Assembly: GCA_001600695.1 (NCBI GenBank)
Contig: BCKQ01000018.1
Coordinates: 43,450 to 107,449 of the forward strand
Direction of reading: 5' to 3'
DNA length: 64,000 nucleotides
Source: Ascoidea asiatica JCM 7603
Lineage: Eukaryota; Fungi; Ascomycota
Shown one piece after another: positions 60,654 through 64,000 of this stretch. Within the stretch, counting starts at the first letter, position 1. Every line of letters starts with the position of its first letter. The position numbers were made by a program, and so were the translations under genes. The notes under the pieces were generated by a model, which ran no database searches, was not told the DNA's origin, and saw only the letters and a program-made list of their open reading frames with translations.

Positions 60654-63401
60654 TTATTCTGTATCACTTAGATTAGAATCAGAATCACTTGCATCACTCA
60701 TCTCAGAATCCTCTTCTTTTTCTTCTTTAATATCATCTACGTAATCTTTCATTTCAACATCCTCTTTACTGGATCCTTTACCAAAAATATTTTCAACTTC
60801 TAGTTTCTTCTTATTTTTAAATTTAGAAGTTCCTTCAGTGGCAGCTATTTTTCTTTCTTCTTTCATTTCAAGTACTAAACTCTCTCTTATGATCTTTTCT
60901 TCTTCTTCCTGAATATCTTGTTGAATCATGAAAAATTTACCAATTGGAGTGTCATTTTTCTCGAAATCGACAAGATTTTTTAAATTAGAAATATTTCGCT
61001 TAGATACCACAATTTTTTCTCTCTTGTTTAATATAAATTTTGAGTTTTCCATTGATTTAGTGATTAATTGACCTAAAGTTTTGGATAATTTTACATATCT
61101 TTTATTTTGACCATGTTTTTTTTGTAAATGTTTCTTGAAAGTTTTAAGTGAAATAACAATAAAAGAAGATAATTCTGGAAATGATAAATTATCACTATAA
61201 ACATAAAAAAATTTTAACAAAGTATACATGAAATTTTCAATTAAATAATTTTGAAAAGGTAAAGATTCAGAAATATTTAATGGAACTTTTAAACTATGTT
61301 CTAATCTTAATCTTTGATCAAGAGTTGACTTTCCACTATCTTTTGATTTTTTAATATTTTTATCAATTATTTTACTATCTAAAACTTCATGAAGTAATGG
61401 ATAAATTGGAATATATACATCTGTCTTTGAAGCTAAATCAATTAAAGTATTTAGTAAATGAAATCTTAATGGGAAAAATTCAGCAGATCTATTCAATTTA
61501 ACAGTACCAATAATTACTTGAATTAATGGATAACTTAATTCATTTAACAAATTTTTATCTTTATTATTTGAAATTGAATTTGAAGAAATTTGTAATAATT
61601 TACACCAAAAATCTAAAGCTTGAATAAATTGCCAATTATAAATTAATCTTAAACTTGCATCTTTAATTGAAACAGATTCATTATAGTTTTTTTTATTTCT
61701 AGAAGCATTTTCTTTAGTTGTATTTGTATGAGTTGAAATTGATTTAAGACAATTACGTAAATGAATTGCTAATTGTCTAATTGATTTATAACCAAAAGTA
61801 TAAGATAATTGTGGATTTAAACTAAATAATTCAGCTAAACTATCTTTTAAAAATTCAATTAATTGAAATTTTTTATAAGTTTGTAAAGAAGATTCTAAAG
61901 AAGTTGTTGGTAATTGAAAACATTTTTTTAAAAAAACTAAATATGATTGTTGAGTAATTTTTTCTAATAAAATTGGATAATCTTTTGAAATATTTAAAAT
62001 AAATGAAAATACAAGTACATTACTATTTAATTCACTTTTTAATATTGAATTTTGTTTTTTTTTATTTTCATCATTTAATTTTTTATTTTTAAAATGATTT
62101 TCAAATTCTTCATTATCTTCATCCTTAATATTTTCATCATCATGAGAAATATTATTTGATTGATTTGCCCATAAATTTATAATAGCATTAATTAATTTTT
62201 TTGTTTTAGTTTCAAATTTATGAGTATTAAATAAATAAGGTAATAAATCATAAATTGAAGATAAAATTAATAAAGTGAATTGATTATTAAGATTATTTAA
62301 ATTTAAATTTATATCTTTTAATAAAGTAGTTAAAGATATGAAATGAATTGAGATAATTGAAATTAAAGATTGAAAATTTGTTTTTGAATATTTTTTAGTT
62401 GTTGGTTTATGAGTTTTTGAATTTAATGGTAATAAATTTTTAATTGAAATTGGTAAATCTTTTAAAGTTAAAAGTAAAAGAGAATTAAAATTTTCAGGAT
62501 CTGTGATAACATATTTATAAGAAGATAAATTATCTTTTTCTTGATCATTATCAGTTGAATTATTTACAACAGCTTTAAAAGCAGAAATTATATTTCTAAA
62601 TAATTTTATTGAAGGTTTTGAGGTTAATTCAATTTTCCATTGATTTATAATAGTTTTTGTAATTTCAGTTTGTTGTAAGATTTCATCTTTTGGTTCTTTG
62701 GAACTAGTTATTTTAGAAGAAGTTTCTTCACTTGATTCATTATCTGAGTCTACTTCAGAATCAGATTTAGAATCTAATTCAGGTATATCCTCATCATTAT
62801 CAATTTCTTCGGAATCAGACTCAGACTCGGACTCAGATTCAGATTCATCATCTAAGTCTGAATCTTCTTTTTTGCTTTTAGTTTTCTTAGTGGGTTTTTT
62901 AGTTTCCTTAGAAACTTTTTTTGTTTTCTTATTAAGTTTTGCTTTTTCTTCTTCTTCTTCTTCTTCTTTTTTTAAAGTAGCTTCAAGTTTTGCAAAAATA
63001 TCTTCATCAAAATCATCATGTTCACCTTCTTCATCACTAGAATCATCTTCGAGTTCTTCAAGATCTTTTTCAGTTATAGGAGTATCATCATCGTCATCAT
63101 TTTTCTTCTTTTTGGATTTTGATTTTGAATTTGAATTTGAATCTTTATTTGTTTTTTTTAAGACATCAAAATCTTCATCATCATAATCTTTATCAATTAA
63201 TTCATGATCATTATCATGTTTTTTAAACTTTGATTTTTCTTCATCTTTTGAATCCTTTAAATAATCTTTTGTAATTGTAGATTTATTACTTCTTTGTTGA
63301 ACTAATTGATTATGTTTTTTAACATGTTTTCTATGTTCAAGAGTTTTCTTCAATAATTTTGAATTGAATTTTTTAGTTGACTTTGCTGCTTTTTTACCCA
63401 T
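60654..63401 (-). CDS. NOC2: Nucleolar complex protein Noc2 (60S biogenesis)
   Basis: MGKKAAKSTKKF start, acidic region, GYKSIRQLAIHLRN, IYNWQFIQALDFW, LSYPLIQVIIG, FFPLRFHL, SFPELS. Confidence 0.93.
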   Translation of the reverse strand: MGKKAAKSTKKFNSKLLKKTLEHRKHVKKHNQLVQQRSNKSTITKDYLKDSKDEEKSKFKKHDNDHELIDKDYDDEDFDVLKKTNKDSNSNSKSKSKKKKNDDDDDTPITEKDLEELEDDSSDEEGEHDDFDEDIFAKLEATLKKEEEEEEEKAKLNKKTKKVSKETKKPTKKTKSKKEDSDLDDESESESESESDSEEIDNDEDIPELDSKSDSEVDSDNESSEETSSKITSSKEPKDEILQQTEITKTIINQWKIELTSKPSIKLFRNIISAFKAVVNNSTDNDQEKDNLSSYKYVITDPENFNSLLLLTLKDLPISIKNLLPLNSKTHKPTTKKYSKTNFQSLISIISIHFISLTTLLKDINLNLNNLNNQFTLLILSSIYDLLPYLFNTHKFETKTKKLINAIINLWANQSNNISHDDENIKDEDNEEFENHFKNKKLNDENKKKQNSILKSELNSNVLVFSFILNISKDYPILLEKITQQSYLVFLKKCFQLPTTSLESSLQTYKKFQLIEFLKDSLAELFSLNPQLSYTFGYKSIRQLAIHLRNCLKSISTHTNTTKENASRNKKNYNESVSIKDASLRLIYNWQFIQALDFWCKLLQISSNSISNNKDKNLLNELSYPLIQVIIGTVKLNRSAEFFPLRFHLLNTLIDLASKTDVYIPIYPLLHEVLDSKIIDKNIKKSKDSGKSTLDQRLRLEHSLKVPLNISESLPFQNYLIENFMYTLLKFFYVYSDNLSFPELSSFIVISLKTFKKHLQKKHGQNKRYVKLSKTLGQLITKSMENSKFILNKREKIVVSKRNISNLKNLVDFEKNDTPIGKFFMIQQDIQEEEEKIIRESLVLEMKEERKIAATEGTSKFKNKKKLEVENIFGKGSSKEDVEMKDYVDDIKEEKEEDSEMSDASDSDSNLSDTE

Positions 63402-64000
63402 TTTTTTTTCTAAAGTAATCTGTAGTAACTAATTGTTGGATAATGAAATGTCTTCAGATTCTGGATATCAAACACTTTTCAGTAGAAATAACAAATGAAA
63501 TATATCAAATGAGAAAAGAAATGCTTACATTTTCAAAGCAGGTGAAAAGAAAAAAAAATAAATTGAAACCCAAAAATTGAATACAAAAAAAAAATATTTT
63601 TCACATGTATCTAAATGCAGAAAGGTGTATTTGAAGGTACTTTGAGGTATACACCACTGTTATGGAACAGTCATGTGACTATTGCCCTAAATCTGGATTA
63701 TATTTAGGTCGCATTTATAAAATACTAGGGACATCAGTTTGATCTAGCCGTGATTGAAGTGTTGAACTCTGGAACGGGAAAAAGCCAGAATCTAAGGTTT
63801 TGGCGGTTGGTTTTAGGTGGAAGGTTTTATTTACAATTGTTTGTTTCAGGCAGTGCCTGTGCAAGAACTTTTTGCTGAATGTGGACTCTTTTTCTGTTTT
63901 CACCTGAGAATCTTCTTGCAAAGGTGAATTCCAAATCAAAACCACGTAAATCCAGATAAAACAAGGTAAAACCAGCCAACTTTGAATAAATGAATTGAAA

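Noticed and set aside
62698-63186. 162-aa Ser-rich ORF antisense to NOC2, and similar shadow ORFs inside other genes
   Set aside because: Mirror of acidic/Lys-rich or Asn-rich sense codons.
63715-64000. Minus-strand frame open from the right edge to 63715
   Set aside because: It could be the 3' end of a gene outside the window, but there is no recognisable motif and codon use is atypical; it cannot be supported here.

Overview
Extremely AT-rich eukaryotic DNA from a budding yeast (Saccharomycotina). The Asn-rich low-complexity proteins, dense microsatellites and sparse short introns are reminiscent of Ascoidea-type genomes, but the species cannot be established from the sequence alone. About 19 protein-coding loci are supported. 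From left to right: a decayed gag-like ORF running off the left edge behind a heat-shock-element/GATA-packed promoter; a TauD/JLP1-like dioxygenase next to an ACS-family (SEO1/FEN2-like) MFS permease; a PIR-family wall protein; FAA1/4; an orphan membrane protein; SNF7; HEL1/Ariadne; PPZ; TOS1; intron-containing MRPL51; a SYT1-like Sec7/PH gene split by a -1 frame break; a METTL16-family methyltransferase overlapping PSF1; MEF2; GCN3; an intron-containing GH17 btgC-like glucanase; two tandem peroxisomal FAA2-like genes; an ARG81-like Zn2Cys6 factor; and NOC2. No tRNA, rRNA or CRISPR was recognised. The best leads are the putative stress-inducible retroelement relic, the SYT1 frame break, METTL16 retention alongside a +4A intron, a Met4-type sulfur-scavenging gene pair, and GC-rich promoter islands set in AT-rich genes.
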